A stretch of 64,000 bases of DNA, taken from assembly GCA_965214405.1 (NCBI GenBank), contig OZ243956.1, positions 1,632,001 to 1,696,000 of the forward strand, written 5' to 3'. The position numbers were made by a program, and so were the translations under genes. Under the pieces are notes generated by a model. It did no database searches, had not been told where the DNA came from, and was given only the letters and a program-made list of their open reading frames with translations. Source of the stretch: Trueperaceae bacterium (GTDB taxonomy: Bacteria; Deinococcota; Deinococci; Deinococcales; Trueperaceae). Shown here one piece after another: positions 1-9,705 of the stretch. Every line of letters starts with the position of its first letter. Positions within the stretch are counted from its first letter, which is position 1.

Positions 1-867
1 GGAAGGGCGTCTGGCGGGGTCAGCGCGTTTGCCTTAGGCGAAAGTAGCGGCACGTTGACTTTTCTCAACGCGCAACCCAGCCACGGCACCGATCCTTGCC
101 ACCTCAGCGTGGATAAAACAGGTAAGTACGTGTTGGTGGCCAACTTTGCGAGCGGCAGCGTGAGCGTTTATCCCGTCCAGCCGGACGGCTCGCTCGGCGA
201 AGCCAGCGACGTGATCCAGCACCAAGGCTCGAGCGTCGACCCGGTGCGACAAAGTGGACCCCACGCGCACGCCGTCACACTGGACAACCAGGGAAAGTTT
301 GTTTACGTGCCGGACCTGGGGCTAGATCAGGTGGTTATCTACAAGCTCGATGTTGGGCGCGGCAAGCTCGAGTCGGTGGGGGCGGTACGCACCGAACCAG
401 GAGCGGGACCGCGCCAGGTGGTCATGCACCCCAGCAAAAACTACGCTTATCTCATTAACGAGCTTAACTCGACCATGACCGCGTACGCCTACGACACGGA
501 CACCGGCGCGCTGAGCGAGCTACAGACCCTGTCAACCCTGCCCGCAGGGTTCAAAGAGGCGAGCACCTGCGCTGAAGTGCAAATAGCGCCGGACGGCACA
601 TACCTTTACGGTTCAAATCGGGGTCATAACAGCGTCGCCGTATACGAAATCAACGAGGACGGAACACTCAACCTCCGAGGCCACAAGGGCACGGGCGGGG
701 AAATCCCTCGCAATTTCGTCGTCAGTCCTGCGGGTGACTACTTACTTGCTGCCAACCAGGACACGCAGAATCTCGTCGTCTTCAAGCTTGATAAGGCGAC
801 AGGTATGCCCGTGGCAACCGGAGAAACGCTCGACGTACCGACACCTGTATGCGTGAAATTCCTTTGA
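1..867 (+). CDS. pgl: 6-phosphogluconolactonase / lactonase-family beta-propeller (5' end outside window)
   Basis: Open frame from base 1; motifs PCHLSVD, GPHAHAV, GAGPRQ, GSNRGHNS, PRNF typical of the YbhE/Pgl family. Confidence 0.85.
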   Translation, partial: GRASGGVSAFALGESSGTLTFLNAQPSHGTDPCHLSVDKTGKYVLVANFASGSVSVYPVQPDGSLGEASDVIQHQGSSVDPVRQSGPHAHAVTLDNQGKFVYVPDLGLDQVVIYKLDVGRGKLESVGAVRTEPGAGPRQVVMHPSKNYAYLINELNSTMTAYAYDTDTGALSELQTLSTLPAGFKEASTCAEVQIAPDGTYLYGSNRGHNSVAVYEINEDGTLNLRGHKGTGGEIPRNFVVSPAGDYLLAANQDTQNLVVFKLDKATGMPVATGETLDVPTPVCVKFL

Positions 868-897
868 TACGCCTTTGTGGTCTAAGTGGAGCTTCAG

Positions 898-1773
898 ATG
901 CGACAAGCCGTTCTTAAACATCCAGAGCGCAATGAGCTGATTGAGACGGCGGCACCGCCCTTTGGAGAAGATGATGTACTGGTCAGGGTGACAGCGTGCG
1001 GTGTATGCGCTTCGGAACTGACGCGGTGGCAAAACGGAACCGAGGTGCCTGCAAAGCTGGGACACGAGGTAGTAGGTGTTGTTGAGAACGTGGGCGAACG
1101 TGTGGAGAACTTAACGCCTGGTCAGCGGGTTACAGGGCTGTTTGAAGAAGGCTTCGCAGAGTACGTCGCGGCTCCAGCCGAACGTGTAATACCTCTACCT
1201 GACAAAATCGAAACCCCCTTTGCCCTGGGTGAACCCCTCGCCTGTGCAGTGAGTGCGGCGCGCCGAACCCAGGTTGAGCTGGGCGACCGCGTTGTCATTG
1301 TTGGACTGGGCTATATGGGTCTACTGATGATGACGTTGCTGCGCCTAAAAGGCGCAGCGCTTATCGTAGGCGTGGACCTCAGGGAGGACGCGTTAGCGTT
1401 TGCGCGGACGTTCGGAGCCGACGAAACGTTCCACCCCGACGAGCTCCCAACGCAACTGGCGCGTTCCAGCGAAGGATATAGCGCTGACGTCGTGGTTGAG
1501 GCAACAGGTACACAAGCAGGTCTTACACTTGCCGGAAGCATGGTAAGACCGCACGGCGTTTTGTCTATCCTAGGCTATCATCAAGGCAGCGGTAGGCGCG
1601 TAGATATGCAATTGTGGAATTACCGGGCGTTAAGTGTTCTGAACACCCACGAGCGGCGGGAAGATTACCAGATGACTTGTTTCCAAAGGCACATCTCGTC
1701 GCCGATACTAAAATTTGTGACGCGGGTGAGCGTACGGCAAGCGCAGCTTTCGCCGCAGGCGCTGACATCGTGA
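898..1773 (+). pseudogene. Zn-dependent alcohol/sugar dehydrogenase (MDR family), C-terminus truncated
   Basis: CGVCASE, GHE and GLGYMG motifs; family resemblance is lost after ~1678, where the DNA switches to an hps-like fragment in another frame. Confidence 0.65.
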
Positions 1774-1803
1774 CTGTAGTCGCGGCGGTGGCGGACGCCA
1801 CTG
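1677..1803 (+). pseudogene. Internal fragment of 3-hexulose-6-phosphate synthase (HPS/KGPDC family)
   Basis: Frame reads LFPKAHLVADTKICDAGERTASAAFAAGADIVTV, matching the HPS pattern FP...ADxKxxDAG...AFxAGADIVTV; no proper start or C-terminus. Confidence 0.65.
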
Positions 1804-1959
1804 GGTCGTTTGGCACGGTTGTCGCCATTCGAAATCCACTTTAGTGAGAACTGAAGGCCTCGAGCAGACATAAAATTTCCTCGAGATGTACAACGGTAAG
1901 GCTATATGCGTGACGGATGACTTACTAGCACATTGGCACACTATAGGCACACAAATAGC

Positions 1960-1992
1960 AAAACGCCGAAGGAATCAACTCCTTCGACGTTT
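1960..1992 (-). terminator. Intrinsic terminator downstream of tRNA-fMet
   Basis: Minus-strand hairpin aaacgtcgaagga-gttgat-tccttcggcgttt ending in a T run. Confidence 0.55.
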
Positions 1993-2018
1993 CTTTCCGC
2001 CTGTGGCGGACTTTCTTC

Positions 2019-2095
<77 letters not shown>

Positions 2096-2109
2096 GCGAA
2101 GCGTTAAGA

Positions 2110-2139
2110 AGTCTAACGCGGGGGCCGGACTCCTGTCAA
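2110..2139 (-). promoter_or_regulatory. sigma70-type promoter of tRNA-fMet
   Basis: TTGACA-N18-TAGACT on the minus strand just upstream of the tRNA. Confidence 0.6.
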
Positions 2140-2144
2140 GCGCG

Positions 2145-2318
2145 TACGCGACGTGCTTCTCTACATGCGCTTCGAGTACCGCAAAGTCCGCCTGCTCAGG
2201 ATATGCCTCCAGCATCTCGTCCAGGGCTTGGCTATACAGCTCCAACAATTCCGCTTTTAGGGCTTCCTTGGCTTTGTTCATCCCTCAGTTTAGCAGCCAC
2301 CTGCTTTGAGACGCACCC
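2145..2318 (-). mobile_element. Possible IS remnant (ISKra4-like end plus truncated transposase N-terminus)
   Basis: GGGTGCGTCTCAAAG terminus followed by ORF MNKAKEALKAELLELYSQALDEMLEAYPEQADFAVLEAHVEK, which runs into the tRNA promoter. Confidence 0.35.
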
Positions 2319-2338
2319 CGCGACGTGCGGGTCCGCGT

Positions 2339-2755
2339 TCACGTGTGTCCGCCGCGCAAGAAGCCCTCTAAAAGCCGAAGATGCGCCTCGTCTTTAGGGC
2401 GGTTCAACCTCTTCTTAAACGCGACCACGTCGGTAAGCCGCGCAAACGGTAAACCGTGCGTAAGCTCCGCGCCGTCAACGACGGCGTCCACATCTAAACC
2501 CAACCAGCCGTTGAAAATTTCGGCACCCCGCAGCCTCACCCTCTCGTCGCCACCGGGCGCGCGCTGAGGCGCACCAAGGGTTTTCGCCCGCTCCCAAGCC
2601 GCGCCTCTGGCGAGAATGTCCACATCTCTCACCTGTGTCACGAGGCCGTGCGCGAGAAGAGGGCCGCTACCGAAGACGGCGTAGTCTCGAGAGGGCAGCG
2701 CCAAGCTCTCGACGCGCTCCAGAAAGTCGGGAAGGGTAAAGTTAACCTCCGACAA
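2339..2755 (-). CDS. Hypothetical protein, minimal nucleotidyltransferase-like
   Basis: YAVFGSG...RDVDIL and C-terminal RPKD motifs. Confidence 0.55.
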   Translation of the reverse strand: MSEVNFTLPDFLERVESLALPSRDYAVFGSGPLLAHGLVTQVRDVDILARGAAWERAKTLGAPQRAPGGDERVRLRGAEIFNGWLGLDVDAVVDGAELTHGLPFARLTDVVAFKKRLNRPKDEAHLRLLEGFLRGGHT

Positions 2756-2981
2756 CGACCACCGTCCCCTTGACCGTGACCGTCAACATACTGCCCGAGT
2801 CGCCAAAAGTGATGTCTTTGTAGTCCAAATCCGCGCCAATCACGATGTTTACGCCGAGCTTTTCCACAAGTTTTCTCGCAGCCTCCTCCACCTCGCGCAG
2901 CGCGGTGCTCTTGGCCTCACTAGGCGCTCTCGTAAGCGCTAAAGGGCCTCCGACGGTGTCCAAGGTGGACGTGATAATCAT
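2742..2981 (-). pseudogene. YbjQ/UPF0145 heavy-metal-binding family protein, apparently with internal deletion
   Basis: MIITST...ALRE...AARKL..G.N.VIG.DLDY....GSML.V...GT resembles YbjQ but lacks the usual middle segment. Confidence 0.5.
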
Positions 2982-3111
2982 AGGTTCCTCCTCACAAAGT
3001 GTAGCGTTTAGCCGCACCGAGGTGACGTGACATGTCCGGGTTTATGTGGATAAACCCTTAAAGACGAACGTGACGTAACCAGGACTCGAGCCCCCTCCTA
3101 CCCCGGCGCGT

Positions 3112-3603
3112 TCAAAGCTTCAGGCTCAGCAATGTGGCGCTGCCGTCAAAAGGCGACACGCGCTCGCGCACCCTCTTTTTGAGTTCGTCCAAGGCGGCAA
3201 GCGCCGCCGCGCGGACGGGCGGCTCCAAAACCCGCGCCTCAAACTCGTCTTCGTCGAGCGTGATGAACGCTCGTTCGGGAGAAACGAAAAGGTCGAGCTC
3301 TAAGTCTTCTGAAACAACCGTCTCGCCCTCGAGCTGCGCTGGCTTGGTGACGTTGCAGTACCAGCCCTTGAGGTCGCCCTCGGCGCTCCGGATTTCGAAA
3401 ATGTTGAACCACTCTTTTAGGTAGTAGTGCTCAAAAAAGTGGTCGCCCGTTTCAAAGGTGACGTAGGGAAGCCTTAGCGGGGGGCACTCCCACCGCGCGT
3501 GAATCAGCAGGTGCCCCGGCTCGCGCAGCAAGACCTCGCCTTCATAAGAGACGACCGCGTTTTTGCCCGGTTTGTGCAACCGGACGTTCACACGTTCCGT
3601 CAC
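3112..3603 (-). CDS. DUF402 domain protein
   Basis: WFNIFEI...GWYCNV...EDLELDL...LDEDEF motif. Confidence 0.8.
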   Translation of the reverse strand: MTERVNVRLHKPGKNAVVSYEGEVLLREPGHLLIHARWECPPLRLPYVTFETGDHFFEHYYLKEWFNIFEIRSAEGDLKGWYCNVTKPAQLEGETVVSEDLELDLFVSPERAFITLDEDEFEARVLEPPVRAAALAALDELKKRVRERVSPFDGSATLLSLKL

Positions 3604-4307
3604 GACGTAAAGCGCGCGGGTCCCTGCGAAACGCGGCGCGGCACCTTCTCAAAACTGTTCAAGCGGGCGGCGAAGCGGACGTCCTCGCCGAACCCCAGCG
3701 AGTGCAAAAGAGCGCCGTGACGCGCTTCTAAGAGCCCTGCGGCCAAGTCGGGGGTACTCGAGAGCGCCTTGAGCGCCAGGTTGACGCTGTCGCTTTTCAT
3801 AACGGCGGGCTCGAGCCTCGCCACCTCTCGCGCGATGCAGGCGGCCCCCAGAACGTCGTCTAACGAGCTTTCGCCATCCGTCCCCGCGCAGACGAGGCGA
3901 AGCTCCGCCTGGGCCGCAGAGAGCGCCGCCGCGGCCACTGCGGCGGCGTTGACAAGGCTTCCTAAAAACAAGTGACTTGCACCCGCCGCCGCCTCGACCG
4001 CGCTCGAGCCGTTGCTCGTGCAGAGCACCGCGCGCTGGGCGCTCAAGTCTTGGTTGAGGTACTCCAAAGGCGAGTTGCCCCCGTGAAATCCGGGGAGCTT
4101 GACGCCGCCGCGCTCACCCAACAGGAGCGCGCCCTCGGCGGCGGCGAGCACGCGGGCGTCGTCCACCGCGGCCACCACGGCGAGTTCCGAGAGCCCCTGT
4201 GAGAAGAGCACACAGGCGGTGGTCGTCATGCGCAGCACGTCGATGACGACGACGGTGTCAAGGGGGGTGGAGCTGTGCGTGGGAAGGAACTCGAGCGTGA
4301 GCCGCAT
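3600..4307 (-). CDS. comB: 2-phosphosulfolactate phosphatase family protein
   Basis: VVIDVLR.TT, GERGG, GNSP, TSNGS motifs. Confidence 0.85.
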   Translation of the reverse strand: MRLTLEFLPTHSSTPLDTVVVIDVLRMTTTACVLFSQGLSELAVVAAVDDARVLAAAEGALLLGERGGVKLPGFHGGNSPLEYLNQDLSAQRAVLCTSNGSSAVEAAAGASHLFLGSLVNAAAVAAAALSAAQAELRLVCAGTDGESSLDDVLGAACIAREVARLEPAVMKSDSVNLALKALSSTPDLAAGLLEARHGALLHSLGFGEDVRFAARLNSFEKVPRRVSQGPARFTS

Positions 4308-4498
4308 GGTTCATCTTACGGGCGGTGTCGCACCATGCGTGTAGGGTCTCGAATTTCAAACCACAAACGTTACTTTGTGAACGTTATAATGCGTATAGCT
4401 TGACTTACAGCGCGCGGGTCTCATACACTTCCCTAAACCGCGTTCTCGCTTCGTGAGCGCTCGTGAAAACGCCTTTTCGGGAGCTTGAGAAAGGAATC

Positions 4499-4798
4499 AT
4501 GATCAAAAAGCAGCACGTCAAGAGCCGCAACGTTTGCAAAATCACCTTTGAGCTACCCGCCGACCTCGACGGCGACGCCGTTCATCTCCACGCCGACTTT
4601 AACGACTGGGAGCCTGTTCCCTTCGAAAAGAAAAAAGACGGCACCTGGAAGCTCGTCCAGGAAGTCGAGCCCGGACGCGACTACGAGTTTCGTTACCGCG
4701 TCATCCACGGTGACCACGACCACTACTTTAACGACGACGAAGCCGACCGCACCGCCTATAACGCGCACGGCAGCGAGAACGCAGTGATTAGCTGTTAG
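4499..4798 (+). CDS. Isoamylase early-set / CBM48 glycogen-binding domain protein
   Basis: CKITFELP...ADFNDW...KDGTW...YEFRY...NSV-like end; AAGGA RBS upstream. Confidence 0.8.
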   Translation: MIKKQHVKSRNVCKITFELPADLDGDAVHLHADFNDWEPVPFEKKKDGTWKLVQEVEPGRDYEFRYRVIHGDHDHYFNDDEADRTAYNAHGSENAVISC

Positions 4799-4999
4799 AA
4801 AGGCGAGGAGCAGCCACAAAAGTTTCATTCACACAGCCTGACAGCCTCGAGAAGACGCCACGCCTGCAAACTGTAAAACGTCTGTTTTTTACTTTCCTTG
4901 CCCAAAACGGTGTGAGGAGACTTTTAGAGCAACGTCTCGCGCCGTCCGCATTTCTCTATAAAGTTCCTTGCAGACGGCGCGTGAGACCCTGCTCTGAAA

Positions 5000-6400
5000 T
5001 TACCTGCTAGCAGCCAGCAGCGTTTGGCTCTCCTTGTGTACCCCCTCGAGCCACCCTCTAAAATCATCCAGCCCGCGCCGGTACGTCCTGACGCGGCGTT
5101 CGCGCTTGCCCTCGCCCTTGGTTTTGGGCAGGGTGGGCACCAAACCCCAGTTGGCGTTCATCGGCTGGAAGTTGTCGGCGTTGGCGGTCGCCAAAAAGCG
5201 GACCAAGCCGCCCAGCATCGAAGTCTCGGGGGGCAGCAGGGGGTCTAAACGGAGCGCAAAACGCGCCGCGTTCGTCCCGGCAAGCCAGCCCGTCGCGGAG
5301 GACTCGAGATAACCTTCGGTGCCCGCCAGCACGCCCGCGACAAAGAGCCGCGGGTGCTCGCGCACGTTGAGGTGGGGTCCTAGCAGCTTAGGCGCGTTTA
5401 GATAGGTGTTGCGGTGCATCACGCCGTAGCGGACGATGTCGGCGTCCTCGAGACCCGGCATAAGCCGAATGACTTCTTTCTGGTCGCCCCACTTGAGCCC
5501 CGTCTGGAAACCCACCAAGCTCCACATTCGGCCCCCTACGTCCTCCTGCCGGAGCTGCGCGACGGCGTAGGCGCGCGCGCCCGTCTGGGGGTGCTCGAGG
5601 CCGACGGGTTTCATCGGCCCGAAGCGCGGCGTGTCGGGACCGCGCCGCGCGAGTTCTTCGATGGGCATACAGCCCTCGAAAAACTTCAGCTTCTCCCAGT
5701 CATGCGGCGTGTGCGCTCGCGCGTTCTCGAGGGCGTCTAAAAAGCGCGCGTACTGTTCTTTCGTAAAGGGTAAATTGAGATAATCCGCCTCCTGGTCGTA
5801 GCGCCCTTTGCGGTAAGCAACGTCCATGTTGATGCTGTCAGCGTCAATCACAGGCGCCGCCGCGTCGTAAAAACCCAGAAAGTCCATGCCGACCGTTTTC
5901 TGAATGGCCTGCGCCAGCGCGTCCGAGGTGAGAGGTCCCGACGCAATCACGACGGTACCCTCAGGGATGCGGGTGAGTTCTTCACTATGGACGGTGACAA
6001 GCGGATGCTGCCGGACCGTTTCGGTCACGACGTCCCCGAAGCGCTCACGGTCCACGGCCAGCGCGCCCCCCGCGGGAACCCTCGTCCTTCGCGCGGTGCT
6101 CATCACCAGCCCTCCCGCCAGGAGCATTTCGGCCTGCAGGAGCCCCTTCGCGTTCGTTTCACCCTCGCCGCCAAAGGAGTTCGAGCAGACCATCTCGGCG
6201 AAGCGGTCGGTGTGATGCGCCGGGGTCATCTTGGCGGGGCGCATCTCATAAAGGTCGACCGCCACCCCGAGGCGCGCGGCAGCCAGCGCCGCGTCGCTCC
6301 CCGCCATCCCCGCGCCGATGACCGTTATACGCGGGGGGTGCTCTGGGATGCTGGTTGGGGTACGAGTTTTTGTGTCGTCTTTGTGCGTGAGCTCCATCAT
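5000..6400 (-). CDS. trmFO: Methylenetetrahydrofolate-tRNA-(uracil-54)-methyltransferase
   Basis: GAGMAGSDAA, VCSNS, FYDAAAP, FGPMKPVGL, RYGVMHRNTY. Confidence 0.95.
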   Translation of the reverse strand: MMELTHKDDTKTRTPTSIPEHPPRITVIGAGMAGSDAALAAARLGVAVDLYEMRPAKMTPAHHTDRFAEMVCSNSFGGEGETNAKGLLQAEMLLAGGLVMSTARRTRVPAGGALAVDRERFGDVVTETVRQHPLVTVHSEELTRIPEGTVVIASGPLTSDALAQAIQKTVGMDFLGFYDAAAPVIDADSINMDVAYRKGRYDQEADYLNLPFTKEQYARFLDALENARAHTPHDWEKLKFFEGCMPIEELARRGPDTPRFGPMKPVGLEHPQTGARAYAVAQLRQEDVGGRMWSLVGFQTGLKWGDQKEVIRLMPGLEDADIVRYGVMHRNTYLNAPKLLGPHLNVREHPRLFVAGVLAGTEGYLESSATGWLAGTNAARFALRLDPLLPPETSMLGGLVRFLATANADNFQPMNANWGLVPTLPKTKGEGKRERRVRTYRRGLDDFRGWLEGVHKESQTLLAASR

Positions 6401-6449
6401 AGAGCGAGTGTAACAGGGCCTTCTAAAAAGTGCGTGATTCAGCAAAGAC

Positions 6450-6476
6450 AAAAAAGAGGAACCCTCGAGAGGTTCC
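6450..6476 (-). terminator. Terminator after the tRNA Asp-Phe-Thr operon
   Basis: Minus-strand ggaacc-tctcgag-ggttcc hairpin followed by tctttttt. Confidence 0.6.
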
Positions 6477-6488
6477 CCGTCATTTCTC

Positions 6489-6563
6489 TGGAGCCAATGG
6501 TCGGATTTGAACCGACGACCTATCGATTACGAATCGATTGCTCTACCTCTGAGCTACATTGGC
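6489..6563 (-). tRNA. tRNA-Thr (CGT)
   Basis: Reverse complement gccaatgtagctcagaggtagagcaatcgattCGTaatcgataggtcgtcggttcaaatccgaccattggctCCA. Confidence 0.93.
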
Positions 6564-6567
6564 GAGG

Positions 6568-6609
6568 TTAGAGGTATCATCTCTAATGCATTAGAGATGA
6601 TACCTCTAA
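6568..6609. repeat. Perfect 42-bp palindrome in the tRNA spacer
   Basis: ttagaggtatcatctctaatg|cattagagatgatacctctaa. Confidence 0.9.
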
Positions 6610-6610
6610 T

Positions 6611-6686
6611 TGGTGGCCAGAGGCGGGCTTGAACCGCCGACACCACGATTTTCAGTCGTGTGCTCTACCGGCTGAGCTATCTGGCC
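6611..6686 (-). tRNA. tRNA-Phe (GAA)
   Basis: Reverse complement ggccagatagctcagccggtagagcacacgactGAAaatcgtggtgtcggcggttcaagcccgcctctggccaCCA. Confidence 0.95.
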
Positions 6687-6789
6687 TCGAGAGGTAACAT
6701 TCGTCAACGAAAGCCGTGCATCTCAATTAAACGATACCTCTAGTTTCACGGAAAGTATCATCCTCTAACCGAAGATGATACCTCCGTCG

Positions 6790-6865
6790 TGGCGGAGCCG
6801 ACGGGATTTGAACCCGCGACCTTCTGCGTGACAGGCAGATATGCTAACCGCTACACTACGGCTCC
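6790..6865 (-). tRNA. tRNA-Asp (GTC)
   Basis: Reverse complement ggagccgtagtgtagcggttagcatatctgcctGTCacgcagaaggtcgcgggttcaaatcccgtcggctccgCCA. Confidence 0.95.
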
Positions 6866-6880
6866 ACGCAAACGGAGGGC

Positions 6881-6910
6881 ATGATACCCAAGGGTCAGGG
6901 GTGTTGTCAA
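6881..6910 (-). promoter_or_regulatory. sigma70-type promoter of the tRNA operon
   Basis: TTGACA-N18-TATCAT on the minus strand, 15 nt upstream of tRNA-Asp. Confidence 0.65.
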
Positions 6911-6955
6911 TGTGTTTTAGAACCCTCAAGCATCTCTGAACCTGCGTCTATAAAA

Positions 6956-8839
6956 CTAGTCCGTGGCCTCGAGCACCCGCGCTTTGGGAATGACGCCAAG
7001 TTCGTTTAGCGCCCGCCTGATGCCCTTGGGTCCAAAACCCAGCACCTCGTGTTGCGCTTTGGGGTCGCCGTGGGGCACCGCCTGGTCGGGGATGCCAAGG
7101 CGTTTGAGTTTAACAGACGCGCCGTGGTCGAGGAGCATTTCGGCCACGGCTGAGCCTAAGCCACCAGCGAGCGCGTGGTCTTCAACGGTGACGAGCGCGT
7201 CTGCCGAGGCGGCGAGCTCGAGCAGAAGCGCCTCGTCAAGAGGCTTCACAAAGCGCGCGTTGACCACGCCGACGTTAGGGAGGTCGCGGGTCGCGGCAAG
7301 GGCGTACTCGAGGGTCGGCCCGAGCGCCAAAACGTACGCGTCTTGACCCTCTCTGAGCACCTCCCAGCGTCCCCACTCGAGCTCCGGCCAGCTCTCGACC
7401 GACGTGTCAGGGGCGGGCTGGGTGCCGCCGCGCGGCCAGCGAATCGCCTTGGGGCCGCCCAGTTTGAGCGCGGTCTTGAGCATCGACTGCATCTCGGCGG
7501 CGTCTTTGGGCATGGCGACCGACATGTTGGGCAGCGCGCGCAAGTAGGAGATATCGTAGACACCCTGATGCGTCGCGCCGTCGCCGCCGACCAGACCCGC
7601 GCGGTCCACGGCGAAAACGACGTCAAGATTTTCCAAGCATACGTCGTGAACCACCTGGTCATAGCCGCGCTGCAAAAAGGTGCTGTAGATGGCGACAATG
7701 GGTTTTTCGCCCCGCAGCGCCAGCCCCGCCGCCGTGGTGACCGCCACGTCCTCGGCGATACCCACGTCCAAATAACGTTCCGGGTGACGCTTGCTGTAAC
7801 TCACCAAACCGCTCCCCTCGCGCATGGCGGGCGTGATGACCCAGACGCGGTCGTCTTTGTCGGCAAGCTTGATGGCCGCGTCGCCAAAGGCGTCGAACCA
7901 CTGGTAACTTTTGCCCGCATAGACGGGGTTGACGAGGTCGAACTTCGACGCGCCGTGCCAGGTGATGGGGTCGGACTCGGCGATTTTGTAGCCTTTGCCC
8001 TTTTTGGTGACGATGTGGAGCATGGTGGGGCCTTCGAGCTGGCGCACGTGCTCGAGGTAATAGAGAAGCTGGTCGACGTCGTGCCCGTCGATGGGACCCA
8101 CATAACGCACCCCCATCGCGTGAAAGGGGTTCGCGCTCGCGGGGTCCAAAAAGCGCCGCGTCGCCTCTTTGGTGCGGCTGGCTAGGTCGCCCAGAGGTTT
8201 CCAAAGGCTGCTCAGCGCCTCTTTGCCGCTTCTCTCGGCCTGCTGGAACCAGGGCTGCACCTGCAGCGTACGCATATAATGGTTGAGCGCGCCCACGTTC
8301 TCGCTAATCGACATTTCGTTGTCGTTGAGAATGAGCGTCATCTTGGGCTTGACGTGGCCTATCTGGTTGAGCGCGGCGAGCGCCATGCCGCCCGTGAGCG
8401 CGCCGTCACCGATGATGGCGATGACCTCGTAGTCAGCTCCCCGCGCGTCACGCGCGAGCGCCATGCCAAAGGCCGCCGCGAGGCTCGTGCTGGCGTGGCC
8501 GACGGTGAGCGCGTCGTGGGGGGACTCGCTCGAGGCGGTAAAGCCCGCCAGCCCGCCCGGTTTGCGAATGGAGTCGATGCGGTCTTTGCGACCCGTCAGG
8601 ATTTTGTGGCCGTAGGTCTGGTGGCCCACATCCCAGACGAAGCGGTCTCTCGCCGAGTCGTAGAGGTAGTGGAGCGCCACGGTGAGTTCGACCGAGCCTA
8701 AGCTCGAGGCCAAATGCCCGCCCCCGAGCGAACACACGCGAATCACTTCGCTCCTCAGTTCGTCCGCCAGGGTGTGCAGCTCGTCGCGTGAGAGGGCCTT
8801 AACGTCCTCCGGGCTGTTGACACCCCCTAAAACAGACAT
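6956..8839 (-). CDS. dxs: 1-deoxy-D-xylulose-5-phosphate synthase
   Basis: GGHLASSLG, WDVGHQ, GDGALTGG...NDN, YSTFLQRGYDQ, DRAGLVG. Confidence 0.97.
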   Translation of the reverse strand: MSVLGGVNSPEDVKALSRDELHTLADELRSEVIRVCSLGGGHLASSLGSVELTVALHYLYDSARDRFVWDVGHQTYGHKILTGRKDRIDSIRKPGGLAGFTASSESPHDALTVGHASTSLAAAFGMALARDARGADYEVIAIIGDGALTGGMALAALNQIGHVKPKMTLILNDNEMSISENVGALNHYMRTLQVQPWFQQAERSGKEALSSLWKPLGDLASRTKEATRRFLDPASANPFHAMGVRYVGPIDGHDVDQLLYYLEHVRQLEGPTMLHIVTKKGKGYKIAESDPITWHGASKFDLVNPVYAGKSYQWFDAFGDAAIKLADKDDRVWVITPAMREGSGLVSYSKRHPERYLDVGIAEDVAVTTAAGLALRGEKPIVAIYSTFLQRGYDQVVHDVCLENLDVVFAVDRAGLVGGDGATHQGVYDISYLRALPNMSVAMPKDAAEMQSMLKTALKLGGPKAIRWPRGGTQPAPDTSVESWPELEWGRWEVLREGQDAYVLALGPTLEYALAATRDLPNVGVVNARFVKPLDEALLLELAASADALVTVEDHALAGGLGSAVAEMLLDHGASVKLKRLGIPDQAVPHGDPKAQHEVLGFGPKGIRRALNELGVIPKARVLEATD

Positions 8840-8994
8840 GCGCGCCGCATTTCGGAAAACGTAAGGTAGACCATGCTCAATGCTATCAGACCCACACCGC
8901 AGTTCTTTGTATGCTCCTGCGCGGTCAGGCGTCTCCTCTCTTATGCACGAATCTTGTGCGCGAAATGACTCGAGCCCCTTTGACGCAGCCTCTT

Positions 8995-9705
8995 TTACTC
9001 TCCGGCCGCTCGCGCCGCGAAGTTCGTCTCGACCAGAAAATACCCGAGTTCGGTGCGCACCTCGCCGACGAAGGGGGCGAACCAGAGTTCTTGACTGAGC
9101 GTCTCGAGGGGTTTACCCTCCGCGTCGCGCGTGCTGGATTCGAAATTGAGGACGAACACGTCCAGCGTTCCCGCCGCCACCGTCACGTTGCGCTTGTCCA
9201 CCACCGCGTAACTATACTCGACGGTCAATGACGCGTTTTGGTCGTTCGCGGTGGCCTGGGGAAAGTAGAGGCTGGCGGTGGTCTCGCCGCCCCAGGTCGC
9301 GCCCACTTGCAACGCGTTAGGGGCGGGAAGCTCCTGGAGGGGCGGGTCGAAGGTGATTTGAGTGCCGGGCCTGAGTTCGCGCAGCAGATACACACCGTCG
9401 CCTCTATACTGCCGGAACGCGGTGATGTCGAGACCGCGCCCCACCGTGCGCCACGCGGTCCAAAGTTCGCCCTGGACGAGGGTCGGGCCGTCAACCTTTT
9501 GAAAAAGGCGTGTGGCGTTTAAGGGGTCGCCGTCCGGCAGATACTGCCACACCGCCCCCGTCTCGTGCGGATAAAAGGACACGGGTCCCGTAAGCTGCTC
9601 GACGGTCACGCGCCCCGGCTCGGCGGAGGGCGCGCAGGCGGCGAGGAAGCAAGCGAGCGCCACCAGCAGGAGCGGGAATTTTCGCAAGGTGTTCGGGGTG
9701 TTCAT
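8995..9705 (-). CDS. Hypothetical lipoprotein
   Basis: Signal peptide with lipobox LAAC; C-terminal WFAPFVGEV beta-rich motif. Confidence 0.7.
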   Translation of the reverse strand: MNTPNTLRKFPLLLVALACFLAACAPSAEPGRVTVEQLTGPVSFYPHETGAVWQYLPDGDPLNATRLFQKVDGPTLVQGELWTAWRTVGRGLDITAFRQYRGDGVYLLRELRPGTQITFDPPLQELPAPNALQVGATWGGETTASLYFPQATANDQNASLTVEYSYAVVDKRNVTVAAGTLDVFVLNFESSTRDAEGKPLETLSQELWFAPFVGEVRTELGYFLVETNFAARAAGE

